64,000 bases of DNA from an uncultured Chloroflexia bacterium (GTDB lineage: Bacteria; Chloroflexota; Limnocylindria; Limnocylindrales; CSP1-4). Shown here in pieces: positions 35,089-45,899 of the stretch (position 1 is its first letter; each line of letters starts with the position of its first letter). A program made the position numbers and the translations under genes. The stretch spans positions 389,670 to 453,669 of the forward strand of contig CAVUSH010000006.1 of the NCBI GenBank assembly GCA_963744095.1, in the 5' to 3' direction. The notes beneath the pieces are model-generated. The model had not been told where the DNA came from and made no database searches. It worked only from the letters and a program-made list of their open reading frames with translations.

Positions 35089-38000
35089 TCAGCCGCCGAT
35101 GCCGAGCCCGCCCTCGATCGCTGCCGCCTCCTCGAGCTCGGCCGGGGTCGCGGCGCCGTGCCGTCCCAGGAGCCGGATCGCGCGCGAGACCCACCACGGG
35201 GCCCCTGCCTCGCGGGCATGCCCCAGGGCGTCGCGGGCCAGGCGGGCCGCCGCGGCGCTGCCGGAAGCCTCCGCCCCGGCCAGCCACGAGCCGACGAGCG
35301 CCCGCGAGGCGCGCAGGAGAGGCCGGGCGTCGTCCGAGCCCGGGCGGCGGCAGGCGCTCGACCATCGTCCGGGCAAGCTCCACTCGGCCGGCCACGACCG
35401 TCGCCTCGATGATCCGCTCGACCGCCGCGAGCCACTCGGGCGAATCGTCGTCGAGCGCGAGCCCCGCCATGAGCGTCTCGTCGTCGAGCGCCGGCGGGGA
35501 GCCGAGCCCGGCGTCGGCCAGGCGCAGGTCCACCCCCGCGTGCTGCACGGTGCCGTACGGGCTGTGGGGGAACGAGGCCTCGTGCTCGGCGAACCACGCG
35601 GCGGCCCACTCGAGCGTGGCGCGGTCGCCCCGGGCGTCGGCCATCGGCGTCAGCGCGAACCAGGTGCGGACCGCCGCCCGGTCGTAGCGGAAGCGCACGG
35701 CGAGCTCGAGCCCGGCCCGGGCCGCGGCGACGCCCGCGTCCCAGTCTCCGCCCCTGAGCGCGCGGCTCGCCCGGATCAGCCCGATCCAGCAGAGCCGCTC
35801 GCTGAGCCCGCGCGCCTCGGCCATCGCCTCCGCCTCGTCGAGGAGCCGGGCCGCCGCGGCCGGGTCGCGTTCGGCGACGAGGTCCGACGCGGCCGACAGG
35901 GCCGCCGACGGCCTCGCTCCAGCGGCCGAGGGCGCGCGCCTCGCGCGAGAGGGCCACCCAGTCGTCGGCCGCCTCCAGGTCGAGGTTCGCCGCGAACGCG
36001 AGGCGGAGCCGCCGGGCCTCGAAGATCAGCACCCGGTCGCCGGTCGCGATCGCGGCCTCGAGCACGTCCGCGGATTCGCGGTAGACCGCCGCGTAGTCGT
36101 TGGAGACGCCCTCGATCCCCCGGAGCCGGGCGAGCAGGAGCGGCACGGCATCGGGGCTGTCGCGGCCGACGACGCCGATCGCCTCCTCGGCGATCGCGAG
36201 GGCCTCGGCGAAGCGGATCTGCTCGTAGCGCGCACGCGACAGCGCGGCTGAGGCGAGCGCGAGCTCGCGGCGGGCGCCGGCTGCGGCGGTGGGCGTTCCG
36301 CCGGCCGCGGTGCCAGGCGTCGCGCCGGCTGCCCCGAGCGCCGCGCGGGCGATCTCGGTTGCGGTCCCGAACGCGACGGCCGCCTCCTCGAGATCGCCGG
36401 CGCCGACGATCGCTTCGCCCACTCGCCGCCAGCGGCGGGCGAGGTCGGCGCCGGCGTCGGGCTTCGTCAGGTTCACCGAGCGCCGGAAGAGCTCGGCCGC
36501 CCCGGCGCGGGCGCCCAGGCCGAGTGCACGATCGCCGGCCCGCTCGATCCAGCCGGCGGCGAGGGACGCGGCCGCCGCGCGATCCAGCCCCGCGGCGACC
36601 TGCCCGGCGAGAGCCGGCGCTTCCGCCAGGGCATCGGCGTAATGGCCGCCGATGGCGGCCGCCAGCTCGTCGGCGCGCTCGCCGGCCACCGCCTCGAGCC
36701 AGCGCGCCGAGCGCACGTGCAGCTCGGCCCGCTCGGCCCGCCCGAGGCTCGCGTAGCCCGCGTCCCGCAGCAGCGCGTGGCGGAAGGCGAGCTCGCCCCC
36801 GACGATCGGCGCCGCGTAGGGTCCTGCGACGATGCCTCGCCGGCCGAGCGCCGCCGCCGCGTCGGACGGCGCGTCGATGCCGAGCGTGGGGAGGACGTCG
36901 ACCGGGAACCGGCGGCCGCAGACGGATCCGCGGCGGGCGGCCAGGCGTGCCGGCCCGGGGAGGTCGTCGAGCTGCGCGGCGTAGACGGCCTGGACGGTGG
37001 GCGGGAGGAGCACCTCGTCGGGATCGACGGCCAGCCGGACGCCGCCCCCGTCGGTCTCGACGAGGATCCCGGCGCCGACCCAGGCCCGCAGCAGCTCCTC
37101 GATGAAGAGGCAGTTCCCGTCCGACCGGGCGGCGATGCGCTCCGCGAGGACGTCCGGCAGCGCGGATCCGGTCAGCTCGTCGACGAGGGCCCGCGCGTCG
37201 GACGCGCCCAACGTCGGCAGCTCGATCCGCTCCCAGCCGGTGGCCAACGAGCCGACCTCGAGCACGCTCGGGCGGCCCGTGGCGACCACGAGCCTCCCCG
37301 ACGCAGGCGACGCCTCGCCCGCCGCCTCGAGGAACGCGAGCACGTCGCGACCAGCCCAGTGGAGGTCCTCGACGATCCAGGCCTGCGGTCGTCGTGCCGC
37401 CAGGGCGTCGAGGGCCTGGAGCCAGCTCGTGAAGAGGTCGGCGCGATCCGCGGTGGGCGCCGAGGGCGTTGGCGCCGCGGGCCCGCCGACCGTCCCCGGC
37501 TCGCCGACCGCGTCGAGCAGGTCTCGCACGTGCTCGACGACCGTGGCAGCCCGGCCCGGTGAGACGGCGGCGGCGAGCGCCGACTCGCAACCGGTCGAAA
37601 CGATCCTGCGCGGGCCGTCGCCCGGGGGCGTGCGGGGCGCGGCGGCCGACCCCGGACCCGTGCCCAGGGCCGCCGTCACGAGCCGAGCGATCGGGGCGAA
37701 CGGCGCCCCCGCCTCGGCGGTGACCCGGACCCGCAGCACGGACCAGCCCGACGTCGGGTCGAGGGTCGCCGCGAACTCCTCGACGAGCCTGGTCTTCCCG
37801 ACACCGGGCGGCGCGAGGATGAGCACCCGTGGCGCAGCCCCGGCGGCGGCCTGCTCGGCTGCCGATCGGAGTGCCGCGAGCTCGGTGGAGCGGCCCTGGA
37901 TGCGGTGCCCGCAGGCGCCCCATCGCGAGCTCGCGCGACGGCTCGCTGCGGACCGCGACGGCGCGTGAGGCCCGGACCGGCTCGGCCTTCCCCTTGAGCA

Positions 38001-38520
38001 CGAGGGCCGTCGGCGGATCGAGCTGGACGGCGCCGGCGACGGCGAGGGCGGTCACCTCGCCGACGAGCATCGTCCCGGGCTCGGCGGCGGCCTGCAGCCG
38101 GGCCGCGACGTTCACGACGTCGCCGCTGAGCCTTCCCTCGTCGGGACCGCCGGCCGCGACCACGACCTCGCCCGTGTTCACGCCGACCCGCAGGCGGAGG
38201 TCCTCGGCGTCGAGGCCGAGGCGCGCCCCGAGGTCGCCGATCGCGTTCAGCAGGGCGAAGCCGGCCGAGATGGCCCGCACGGCGTCGTCGTCCTCCGTCC
38301 TGGGGACGCCGAACGCCGCCATCGCCGCGTCGCCGATGAACTTCTCGAGGCGGCCGCGGTACCGCCCGACGACGTCGCGGACGGCGGCGAAGTAGGCGTC
38401 CTGGACGATGGCGAGGTCGTCGGGATCCAGCCGCTCGGCCAGCGAGGTGAACCCGACGAGGTCGGCGAACAGGACCGTGACGATCCGCCGTTCGGGCCCG
38501 GAGACGGGTGTCGACTCCAT
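35089..38520 (-). CDS. class III adenylate/guanylate cyclase domain fused to AAA/STAND P-loop ATPase and TPR-like repeats; frame broken three times (~37905, ~35900, ~35341)
   Basis: The cyclase domain is RRIVTVLFADLVGFTSLAERL...EKFIGDAAMAAFG...GVNTGEVVV...GDVVNVAARLQ. After a +1 shift it continues RIQGRSTELAALRSAAEQAAAGAAPRVLILAPPGVGKTRLVEEF... A long helical region follows, joined through two more +1 shifts to ...LLRASRALVGSWLAGAE...EEAAAIEGGLGIGG-stop at 35089. Confidence 0.85.
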
Positions 38521-38662
38521 CGGGGGACTGTAGCGAGGCCCGCGGTCGCCGTCGATGCGTCCCAAACGGGCTTCGCCGACCAGGCATGCCGCGCTCGATC
38601 CACCGCCCGGCGCCCGTTTCCCCGAGGCGGGGCGGGTAGCGGCGCTCTATGGTTCTCGCGTG

Positions 38663-39781
38663 ATGGCGGACGCAGCATCCGCAGGGGCGATCGCGAGCGC
38701 GCCGGGCGGAACGCCGGCCCGTCCACCGCCGAGCCGTCGGGCGATCGTGGGTCGCGCGCTCGTGCTTGTCGGTCTCCTCGTGTTCGTGTTCGGGATCGTG
38801 CTGCCCCGAGTGGTCGACTACGGGGCCGTGCGCGCCGCGCTCGCGGCGCTGACTCCCGGGCAGCTCGCGCTTCTCGGCGCCACCAGCGCGGTCGCCTACG
38901 TCGCCAACGCGGGCCCCGCCCGCATCCTCGTGCCGGGGCTATCCTGGCCGCGCGCGGTCGGGTCGGACCTGGCCGCGCGCGCGGTCGTCAGCACAGTGCC
39001 CGGGCCGACCGACTTCGCCACGCGGTTCGTCCTGTACCGCCAGTGGTCGATCCCCACCGACGTCGCGAGCGCCGGGATCGTCCTGGCAGCCCTGTTCGAG
39101 ACGTTCTCCTGCCTCGTCCTGCCGGTGATCGCCATCGTCGGCGTGCTCGTCACCGGTCATCCGACCCAGTCGCGTGCGCTCCTGCTCGCCCTGATCGGAC
39201 TCGTCGTGCTGGTCGCCGCGGCGGTCCTGCTGGTCTCCGTCGTGCGCTCGGAGAGCCTCGCGCGGAGGCTGGGCGGCTGGCTCGACCGGATGGCCCAGCG
39301 CACCTGGAAGCTCCTCCGGAAGACGCCGCCAACGGGCATCGTCGAGGGCATGCTGGACCTGCGTGAGCGCTCGAAGGCCATGCTCACGCAGCACGGTTGG
39401 CCGGGCTTCGCCGCAGCAGTGGTCGCCAGGCTCGCCTGGTTCGTCGTGCTCGAGGTCGCCCTCTGGTGCGTCGGGGTCGGCCCGGATGTCCTCCCGCCGT
39501 CGGCCGTGCTGGCGGCGATGGCGGTGGTCGGGATCGTGTCGCTGGTGCCCATCACGCCGGGAGCCGTGGGCGTCACCGAGGTCGCCTACATCGGCATCCT
39601 GTCGAGCGTGGCCGGGTCGGGGATGACCGAGCAGCTCACCGCCGCCGTGATGCTGTTCCGGATCGCCCAGTGGTTCATGCCGATCCCGATCGGGTGGGTC
39701 CTTCTGCTCGCGATGCGGCGGGGCCACTGGGGCGAGCTGCTCAGCGGCCCTGGCGTGGCCCCGACGCCGTCCTCGAGCTGA
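38663..39781 (+). CDS. lysylphosphatidylglycerol-synthase-TM-region / flippase-like (UPF0104) membrane protein
   Basis: About 8 TM segments. ...LVPITPGAVGVTEVAYIGIL...AAVMLFRIAQWFMPIPIGW... is typical of UPF0104. The exact start is uncertain. Confidence 0.75.
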   Translation: MADAASAGAIASAPGGTPARPPPSRRAIVGRALVLVGLLVFVFGIVLPRVVDYGAVRAALAALTPGQLALLGATSAVAYVANAGPARILVPGLSWPRAVGSDLAARAVVSTVPGPTDFATRFVLYRQWSIPTDVASAGIVLAALFETFSCLVLPVIAIVGVLVTGHPTQSRALLLALIGLVVLVAAAVLLVSVVRSESLARRLGGWLDRMAQRTWKLLRKTPPTGIVEGMLDLRERSKAMLTQHGWPGFAAAVVARLAWFVVLEVALWCVGVGPDVLPPSAVLAAMAVVGIVSLVPITPGAVGVTEVAYIGILSSVAGSGMTEQLTAAVMLFRIAQWFMPIPIGWVLLLAMRRGHWGELLSGPGVAPTPSSS

Positions 39782-39895
39782 GGGACCGCGCGCCGGTCGC
39801 GGGCGGCAACTCTCAACGCGGCCCCGGCCGCTGTTCGTCGCGATCACCGGCTCGCGACCGTTGCTGCCGGGCCACCCGCGTGCAACGATGACGGC

Positions 39896-42556
39896 ATGGG
39901 TGCTCCGGAGGAGCCGGTCGGCGTTCGCGCTCCTGGCGTCGTCGCACGAAGAGCGCTGTATGCGCGCCTGTCTGCCGGAGCTTCCGCTGGCGTAACGCTC
40001 GTCTCGGCGCCGCCCGGCAGCGGGAAGACCGTGCTGCTTCGCTCGTGGATCGATGAAGCGGGGCTCCGCGCCCGAACAGCCTGGGTGCTGGTCGAGCGCC
40101 ACGAACGCGACGCCCAGCGCTTCTGGCTGTCGGTCGTCGAGCAGCTGCGCTCCGCGGTCGGCGAGGACGGCGTCGTGCAGAAGGTCGCGCCGACCCCGGA
40201 GTTCGACGGCGACGGGCTCGTGCGGCGCCTCATCTCGGACCTCGAGGCGCTCGATGAGCCCGTCGTGCTCGTGATCGACGATCTGCACGAGCTGGTCTCG
40301 CCGGATGCGCAGGCGCAGCTGGAGCTGCTGATTGCGCGACGGCCGCGGTTGCTGTACGTGGTCCTTGCCACACGCCATGACCCCTCCCTGGGACTCCATC
40401 GCCTGCGCCTCGCCGGCGAGCTGACCGAGCTCCGAGCCGCCGACCTCCGGCTCTCGGCGGACGAGGCGCGGCAGCTGCTCGATGCCTCTGCGGTCGAGCT
40501 GTCCGCCGAGGCCGCCGCCGTCCTCCTGGCGCGGACCGAGGGGTGGGCCGCGGGCCTGCGGCTCGCCACGATGTCGCTCGCCGGTCACCCTGACCCCGAG
40601 CGGTTCGTCGCCGAGTTCGCCGGCAGCGAGCGGACCGTGGCGGACTACCTGCTCGCCGAGGTCCTCGAGCGCCAGCCCGAAGGGGTCAGGCAGCTCCTGC
40701 TCCGCACCTCGATCCTCGAGCGGGTCTGCGGCCCGCTCGCGGACCGCCTCACCGGCGCGAGCGGCTCGGAGCGGACGCTCCTCGAGCTGGAGGACTCGAA
40801 CGCGTTCGTCGTCGCGGTCGACCGTGAGCGCTCGTGGTTCCGCTACCACCCGCTGTTCGCGGATCTCCTGCTCCTGGAGCTTCGGCGCAGCGAACCCGAT
40901 GCCATCAGGGATCTGCACCTGGCCGCCGCCGACTGGCTCGCCGAGCATGGGCACGCCGTCGATGCGATCCGCCACGCCCAGGCCGCCGGTGACTGGGAGC
41001 GCGCAGGGCGCGTGCTCGCCGACCATGGTCTCAGCCTCTCCCTCAACGGACACGTCGCGACCATCGGCGCCCTGCTCGCAGCCTTCCCCGCCGATGCGCT
41101 GTCGAATCCGGAGCTGGCCGCGCTCCTCGCCTTCGTCGAGCTGACGCAGCACTCCCTCGGGACGGCGGCCGCGTACATCGCGCTGGCCGAACGACGTGCT
41201 TCGGAGGTCCTCGCCGAACGGCAGCGTCAATTCGCGGTCGTGCTCGCGGTCGTCAGGCTGGAGCTCGCCCGCCGGCGCGGTGATCTCGAGTCGGCGCTCC
41301 GCGAGGTGGGTCCGCTGCTCGAACCCGTCGAGGCGGACTCGATGACCGAGCTGACGCTGGGCAACGACGCGCGGGCGCTCGCGTTGATGAACCTCGGGAT
41401 CGTCGAGCTGTGGTCGTTCAGGCTTGACGACGCCGAGCGACACCTGGAGCAGGGCCTGGCGCTCGCGCGGCTGATCGACAGGCCCTACGTCCAGATCGGC
41501 TGTCTCGCGCATCTCGGGCTCGACGCCGCCCGACACTCGCTCGCGCAGGCACGGCAACGATGCGAGGAGGCGATCGCGATCGCGGAGGCACACGGCTGGG
41601 CGACCGACCCGATCGCCTGCACCGCGTTGGCGATGATGGCCTTGGCCGAGGCGGCGCAGGGCCGATTCGAGGAGGGAAGCCGCTGGCTCGACCGAGCCGA
41701 GCACTCGATCCGGGCAGAGCCTGACCCCGCCACGGCCCTGTTCGTGCACTTCGTGCGCGGCGAGCTGCACGTCGGCGAGGGCCGGTTCGGAGAGGCGCTC
41801 GGCGAATTCCGTGCCGCTGCGCGGCTCCAGGACGTGCTGGCCACCTCGCACGCGCTGACCGGCCCGGCCAGGGTATCGATCGCCCAGACACAGCTGCGGA
41901 TGGGCGACCTGACCGGTGCACGGGCCACGGTCGCCAGCCTGACCGAGCGGGACCACGAGTTCGGTGAGGCGCGGACGGCCCTCGCCGCGATTCGACTCGC
42001 GGAGGGCGATTCCACGGCGGCCGTCGCAGCGCTCGCGCCGGTGCTCGACGGGACGTTGCCGGTCGTCCGCGCCGGGACCGTGGTCCAGGCGCTGCTGCTT
42101 GATGCGGTCGCACGCGACCAGCTCGGCGACCGCGTGACGGCGGAGCGCGACATCGAGCGCGGTCTGGACATCGCCGAACCCGACTCGCTCGTCTTCCCGT
42201 TGGTCGTGGTGCCGGCGCGCGACCTCCTCGAGCGGCATCCCCGGCACCGGACGGCGCACGCCGCCCTGCTGGCCGACCTCCTCAGCGTCCTCGGCGGGTC
42301 GTCGCTCCCGCCCCGTGGCCGCGAGCCCGTGACGCCGTCCGAGCCGCTCAGTGAGAGCGAGCTCCGAGTGCTCCGCTTCCTGCCGAGCAACCTTTCCGCG
42401 GGCGAGATCGCCGGTCAGCTCTACGTGTCGACGAGCACCGTCAAGACCCACATGCGCCACATCTACGAGAAGCTGGACGCGCATCGGCGCACCGAGGCTG
42501 TGGATCGCGCGCGGGACCTGGGGCTGCTCGGACCATCGGCGCGATCGGGTCGCTAG
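39896..42556 (+). CDS. MalT/LuxR-type STAND transcriptional regulator #3 (intact, 886 aa)
   Basis: Walker A VTLVSAPPGSGKTVLLRSW. LVIDDLHEL, TEGWAAGLRLA and long helical repeats follow. The C-terminal LSESELRVLRFLPSNLSAGEIAGQLYVSTSTVKTHMRHIYEKLDA is a LuxR HTH. Confidence 0.9.
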   Translation: MGAPEEPVGVRAPGVVARRALYARLSAGASAGVTLVSAPPGSGKTVLLRSWIDEAGLRARTAWVLVERHERDAQRFWLSVVEQLRSAVGEDGVVQKVAPTPEFDGDGLVRRLISDLEALDEPVVLVIDDLHELVSPDAQAQLELLIARRPRLLYVVLATRHDPSLGLHRLRLAGELTELRAADLRLSADEARQLLDASAVELSAEAAAVLLARTEGWAAGLRLATMSLAGHPDPERFVAEFAGSERTVADYLLAEVLERQPEGVRQLLLRTSILERVCGPLADRLTGASGSERTLLELEDSNAFVVAVDRERSWFRYHPLFADLLLLELRRSEPDAIRDLHLAAADWLAEHGHAVDAIRHAQAAGDWERAGRVLADHGLSLSLNGHVATIGALLAAFPADALSNPELAALLAFVELTQHSLGTAAAYIALAERRASEVLAERQRQFAVVLAVVRLELARRRGDLESALREVGPLLEPVEADSMTELTLGNDARALALMNLGIVELWSFRLDDAERHLEQGLALARLIDRPYVQIGCLAHLGLDAARHSLAQARQRCEEAIAIAEAHGWATDPIACTALAMMALAEAAQGRFEEGSRWLDRAEHSIRAEPDPATALFVHFVRGELHVGEGRFGEALGEFRAAARLQDVLATSHALTGPARVSIAQTQLRMGDLTGARATVASLTERDHEFGEARTALAAIRLAEGDSTAAVAALAPVLDGTLPVVRAGTVVQALLLDAVARDQLGDRVTAERDIERGLDIAEPDSLVFPLVVVPARDLLERHPRHRTAHAALLADLLSVLGGSSLPPRGREPVTPSEPLSESELRVLRFLPSNLSAGEIAGQLYVSTSTVKTHMRHIYEKLDAHRRTEAVDRARDLGLLGPSARSGR

Positions 42557-42665
42557 GCCGACCGCTCACGCCGGGCGCCCCGGTGGTCACTCTCACACGA
42601 TCCGGTGGATGCGCGCTCATCCCGCCGACCACGACGTTGTGCCCGTGGACGAACACTTTGGGCCG

Positions 42666-42863
42666 ATGCATTACGTGATCCGGGTCCGCGGAGTCCTGGG
42701 CGACAGGCTGCTCACAGCATTCCCCGGGCTCCGGTCACGCACGGATCGTGGCGACACCGTTCTCGCTGGGGCGCTGGCAGACCAGGCGGCGCTGCATGGG
42801 GTCCTGGCGCAGATCGAGGCGCTCGGGCTCGAGCTCATCGAGGTCCGTCGCTCGAGCCGCTGA
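42666..42863 (+). CDS. small uncharacterised 'DQAALHG' protein, copy S3 (65 aa)
   Basis: MHYVIRVRGVLGDRLLTAFPGLRSRTDRGDTVLAGALADQAALHGVLAQIEALGLELIEVRR. Confidence 0.7.
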   Translation: MHYVIRVRGVLGDRLLTAFPGLRSRTDRGDTVLAGALADQAALHGVLAQIEALGLELIEVRRSSR

Positions 42864-43016
42864 CGGTCCCGCCGCGAGCCGCGATCACGCGGAGCGCCGC
42901 GGCTCAGCCGAACGAAAGGAATTGGTCGGATCGGACGACGCCCGCTCATCCGGGCGAGCGGGACGCTCCATCCGACGTCGCGAACCTCGCGACCTAGGGA
43001 AAGGAGCCACGAAGAC

Positions 43017-43841
43017 GTGGGCAACAAGATCCTGGTCTCTGTGTTCGACTCTGAGCGAACAGCATTCGAGGGGCTGACCGCCCTCAAGGACCTGCACCGG
43101 GACGGCGAGGTCACCCTGTATGCGTCGACCGTGATCGCCAAGGATGCCTCGGGGACCGTGTCGGTCCGCCAGGCGGCGGATCGCGGGCCGATCGGGACGC
43201 TCGTGGGCATTGTCACGGGCGGCCTCGTCGGGCTGCTCGGTGGCCCGGCCGGCGTCGCCGTGGGCGCATACGTCGGCGGCTTCGGCGGGCTGATGTACGA
43301 CCTGTTCAAGGCCGGCGTGAGCATGGACTTCGTCGACGAGGTCTCGGCCTTGCTGATCCCGGGCACGGCCGCCGTCGTCGCGGACATCGACGAGATGTGG
43401 GTGACGCCGATCGACATGCGCCTCGGAGCGTTGGGCGGGACGACGTTCCGTCGCCTCCCCGGTGAGGTCATCGACACGGAGCTCATCCGCGAGACCGACG
43501 CCGCGCGGATGGAGCTCGATCAGCTCCGCGCCGAGCTTCGGGAGTCCTCGGCCGAGGCGAAGGCGAACCTGGAGAAGGCGATCGACGGGCAGCGGCGCAA
43601 GCTGGAGGCCCTGGACGATCGCATCGGCACGGCGCTCGGCCAGCAGAAGGCCGAGTTCGAGGCGCGCCTCGCCACGCTGCGCGAGCAGCAGGCCAAGGCG
43701 CGTGAGAGCAAGCGGCAGCAGATCGAGGCCCGCACGACTGAGCTGAAGGCGTCGCACGAGGCGCGCACGGCGAAGCTCGAGGAGGCCCGCCGGCTCGCGA
43801 AGGAGTCCGTCAAGGCCACGATCGAGGCGCTCAAGCCCTGA
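43017..43841 (+). CDS. DUF1269 domain-containing membrane protein with C-terminal coiled coil
   Basis: MGNKILVSVFDSERTAFEGLTALKDLHRDGEVTLYASTVIAKDASGTVSV... is followed by a Gly-rich TM region and then a long Glu/Lys/Arg/Ala heptad-like tail. Confidence 0.75.
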   Translation: MGNKILVSVFDSERTAFEGLTALKDLHRDGEVTLYASTVIAKDASGTVSVRQAADRGPIGTLVGIVTGGLVGLLGGPAGVAVGAYVGGFGGLMYDLFKAGVSMDFVDEVSALLIPGTAAVVADIDEMWVTPIDMRLGALGGTTFRRLPGEVIDTELIRETDAARMELDQLRAELRESSAEAKANLEKAIDGQRRKLEALDDRIGTALGQQKAEFEARLATLREQQAKARESKRQQIEARTTELKASHEARTAKLEEARRLAKESVKATIEALKP

Positions 43842-44069
43842 CCAGGGGCGAGCGTGGCGGGGCCACCGGGGTGCGTGCAGCCTCCGGTGGCCCCGCTGTT
43901 GATTCGCGGACGGAGCTGAGCCACTCGCCAGGGTGCTGCCGCGAAGTCGGCGGCGGAGGGCGTGCCAACCGGGCTGACCGAATCGGCCGGATCGTGTGAC
44001 GACCACTCATCCCTGCGGAACGGACGCTTCGTCCACCACTCAAGGTTCAATCGAAAGGAGAAGGTTCTC

Positions 44070-44633
44070 ATGCTTGGTTTGGTGACCCGCGACTGGTGGG
44101 TCTTCGCTTTCCGGGGCATCGCCGCGATCGTGTTCGGCGTCCTCGCATTCATCTGGCCGGAGACGACGCTCACGGTGCTCGTCTACCTGTTCGGCGCCTA
44201 CGTCCTCGTCGACGGCGTCGCACTGCTGGTCGCGCTCGTTCGCGGCGACGCGGTCGCGCGGCGTCACGCCTGGGCGGTGGGGGTCATGGGCGTCCTCGGC
44301 ATCGTCGCCGGCGTCGTCACCTTCGTGTGGCCGGGCCTGACGGCCATGTCGCTGCTCTATCTCGTCGCCTTCTGGGCGATCGCGATGGGCACGTTCCAGG
44401 TCGTCGGGGCCGTCGCACTCCGGCGCGAGATCGACAACGAGTTCTGGATGGGACTCGGCGGCGTGGCGTCGATCGTGTTCGGCGCGCTGCTCGTCGCCTC
44501 CCCTGGCGACGGGCTGATCTCGCTCGTGTGGCTGGTCGGGCTCTGGTCGGTCGTGTTCGGGGTCTCGAGCCTCGGCCTCGCCTATCGCCTCCATGAGATC
44601 GGCGCGGCGCTGCCCAAGCCCGCTGCGCACTGA
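44070..44633 (+). CDS. HdeD/DUF308-family membrane protein
   Basis: RBS AAAGGAGAAGG is present. RDWWVFAFRGIAAIVFGVLAFIWPETTLTVLVYLFGAYVLVDGV... shows repeated DUF308 units. Confidence 0.8.
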   Translation: MLGLVTRDWWVFAFRGIAAIVFGVLAFIWPETTLTVLVYLFGAYVLVDGVALLVALVRGDAVARRHAWAVGVMGVLGIVAGVVTFVWPGLTAMSLLYLVAFWAIAMGTFQVVGAVALRREIDNEFWMGLGGVASIVFGALLVASPGDGLISLVWLVGLWSVVFGVSSLGLAYRLHEIGAALPKPAAH

Positions 44634-44766
44634 CCCGCATCCGGGCCATGGCGTCCACGAGGGCCACATGTGCCGGACGACCAACGGTGGGCAGGACACG
44701 AGCGCGGTGGGAGCGGCGGCAACGCCGCTCCCACCGCTGAGCCGACCGAGCCAGGGAGAGCGAAAG

Positions 44767-45870
44767 ATGCCCGATGATCGCCGCGACGATACGTCCAGCG
44801 CGGACCGGCTGATCCGGTCCGCCGGTCCGTTCATGGCGCTCGGCGGCTTCGTGCTCGTCCTCGTCGGGGCGCTCGGCGTCCACGAGGTGGCTTCGCTCGT
44901 CGTCCCGGTGATGTTCGGCCTCTTCATCGCCCTCACCGCCTGGCCGATGGTCGGCACGCTCGAGCGCCGTGGCGTGCGGCACGGATTCGCCCTGGCGGGG
45001 GCGATCGTGGTCGTCCTCGCCGTCATTGTCCTTGCGGCCGGCATCGCCGCGCTCTCGGTGGGCGAGCTCGTGGTCCAGATCCCCAAGTACGAGAGCCGCC
45101 TGAGCGCGGCACTCGCGGATCTTCGCGATCTCCTGGCGCAGCTCCCGATTGGCGTCGATCCCGGCGCCATCACTGCGATCATCTCGCCGGAGCAGGTCTT
45201 CGCATTCGTCCGGCCAGTGGCGTCGTCCGTCTCCGAGGCCGGCGGCGCGCTGTTCGTCCTCGCCCTCACCATGATCTACGCGCTCGCCGGCGGGACGTCC
45301 TTCCGGGCGCGGGCGGCTGCGGCCTTCGGCGAGCAGCATGCGCTCCTGCTCGGCACGGAGCGGTTCGCCACCGACCTGCGGCGCTACCTCGTCGTGCGCG
45401 CCAAGCTCGGCCTGTTCGCCGCGGTGCTCTCGTTCGTGCTCCTGTTCGTGCTCGGCGTGCCGTTCCCCATCCTGTGGGCGATCCTCGTGTTCGCCGCCAG
45501 CTTCATCCCGAACATCGGCACCATCATCGCCGTCATCCCGCCGACGATCCTCGCCTTCCTCGATAGCGGGCCGGGGGCGGCGGCGATGGTGATCGTCGGC
45601 TACACACTCATCAACCTCGCCCAGGACCAGTTCCTCCAGCCGGTGGCCATGGGGAGCGAGCTCAACCTGAGCCCGCTGGTCGTCTTCATCGCCGTCATCG
45701 TATGGGCGTGGATCCTCGGCCCGGCCGGCGCGCTCCTCGCGGTCCCCCTGACGGTCGGGCTGGTCATGGTCCTCGAGGCGTTCCCGTCCTCGCGGGGCTT
45801 CGCGGCCCTGCTCCGCGACAAGGTGGAACCGCAGCCCGGGATCGTCGATGAGGCAGCGGCGCCGGGATGA
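44767..45870 (+). CDS. AI-2E family transporter (PerM/UPF0118)
   Basis: ...FIPNIGTIIAVIPPTILAFLDSG...QDQFLQPVAMGSELNLSPLVVFIAVIVWAWILGPAGALLAVPLT. Confidence 0.85.
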   Translation: MPDDRRDDTSSADRLIRSAGPFMALGGFVLVLVGALGVHEVASLVVPVMFGLFIALTAWPMVGTLERRGVRHGFALAGAIVVVLAVIVLAAGIAALSVGELVVQIPKYESRLSAALADLRDLLAQLPIGVDPGAITAIISPEQVFAFVRPVASSVSEAGGALFVLALTMIYALAGGTSFRARAAAAFGEQHALLLGTERFATDLRRYLVVRAKLGLFAAVLSFVLLFVLGVPFPILWAILVFAASFIPNIGTIIAVIPPTILAFLDSGPGAAAMVIVGYTLINLAQDQFLQPVAMGSELNLSPLVVFIAVIVWAWILGPAGALLAVPLTVGLVMVLEAFPSSRGFAALLRDKVEPQPGIVDEAAAPG

Positions 45871-45899
45871 GCGGCCGCGGAGTGAGCCAGAGCGGGCCC

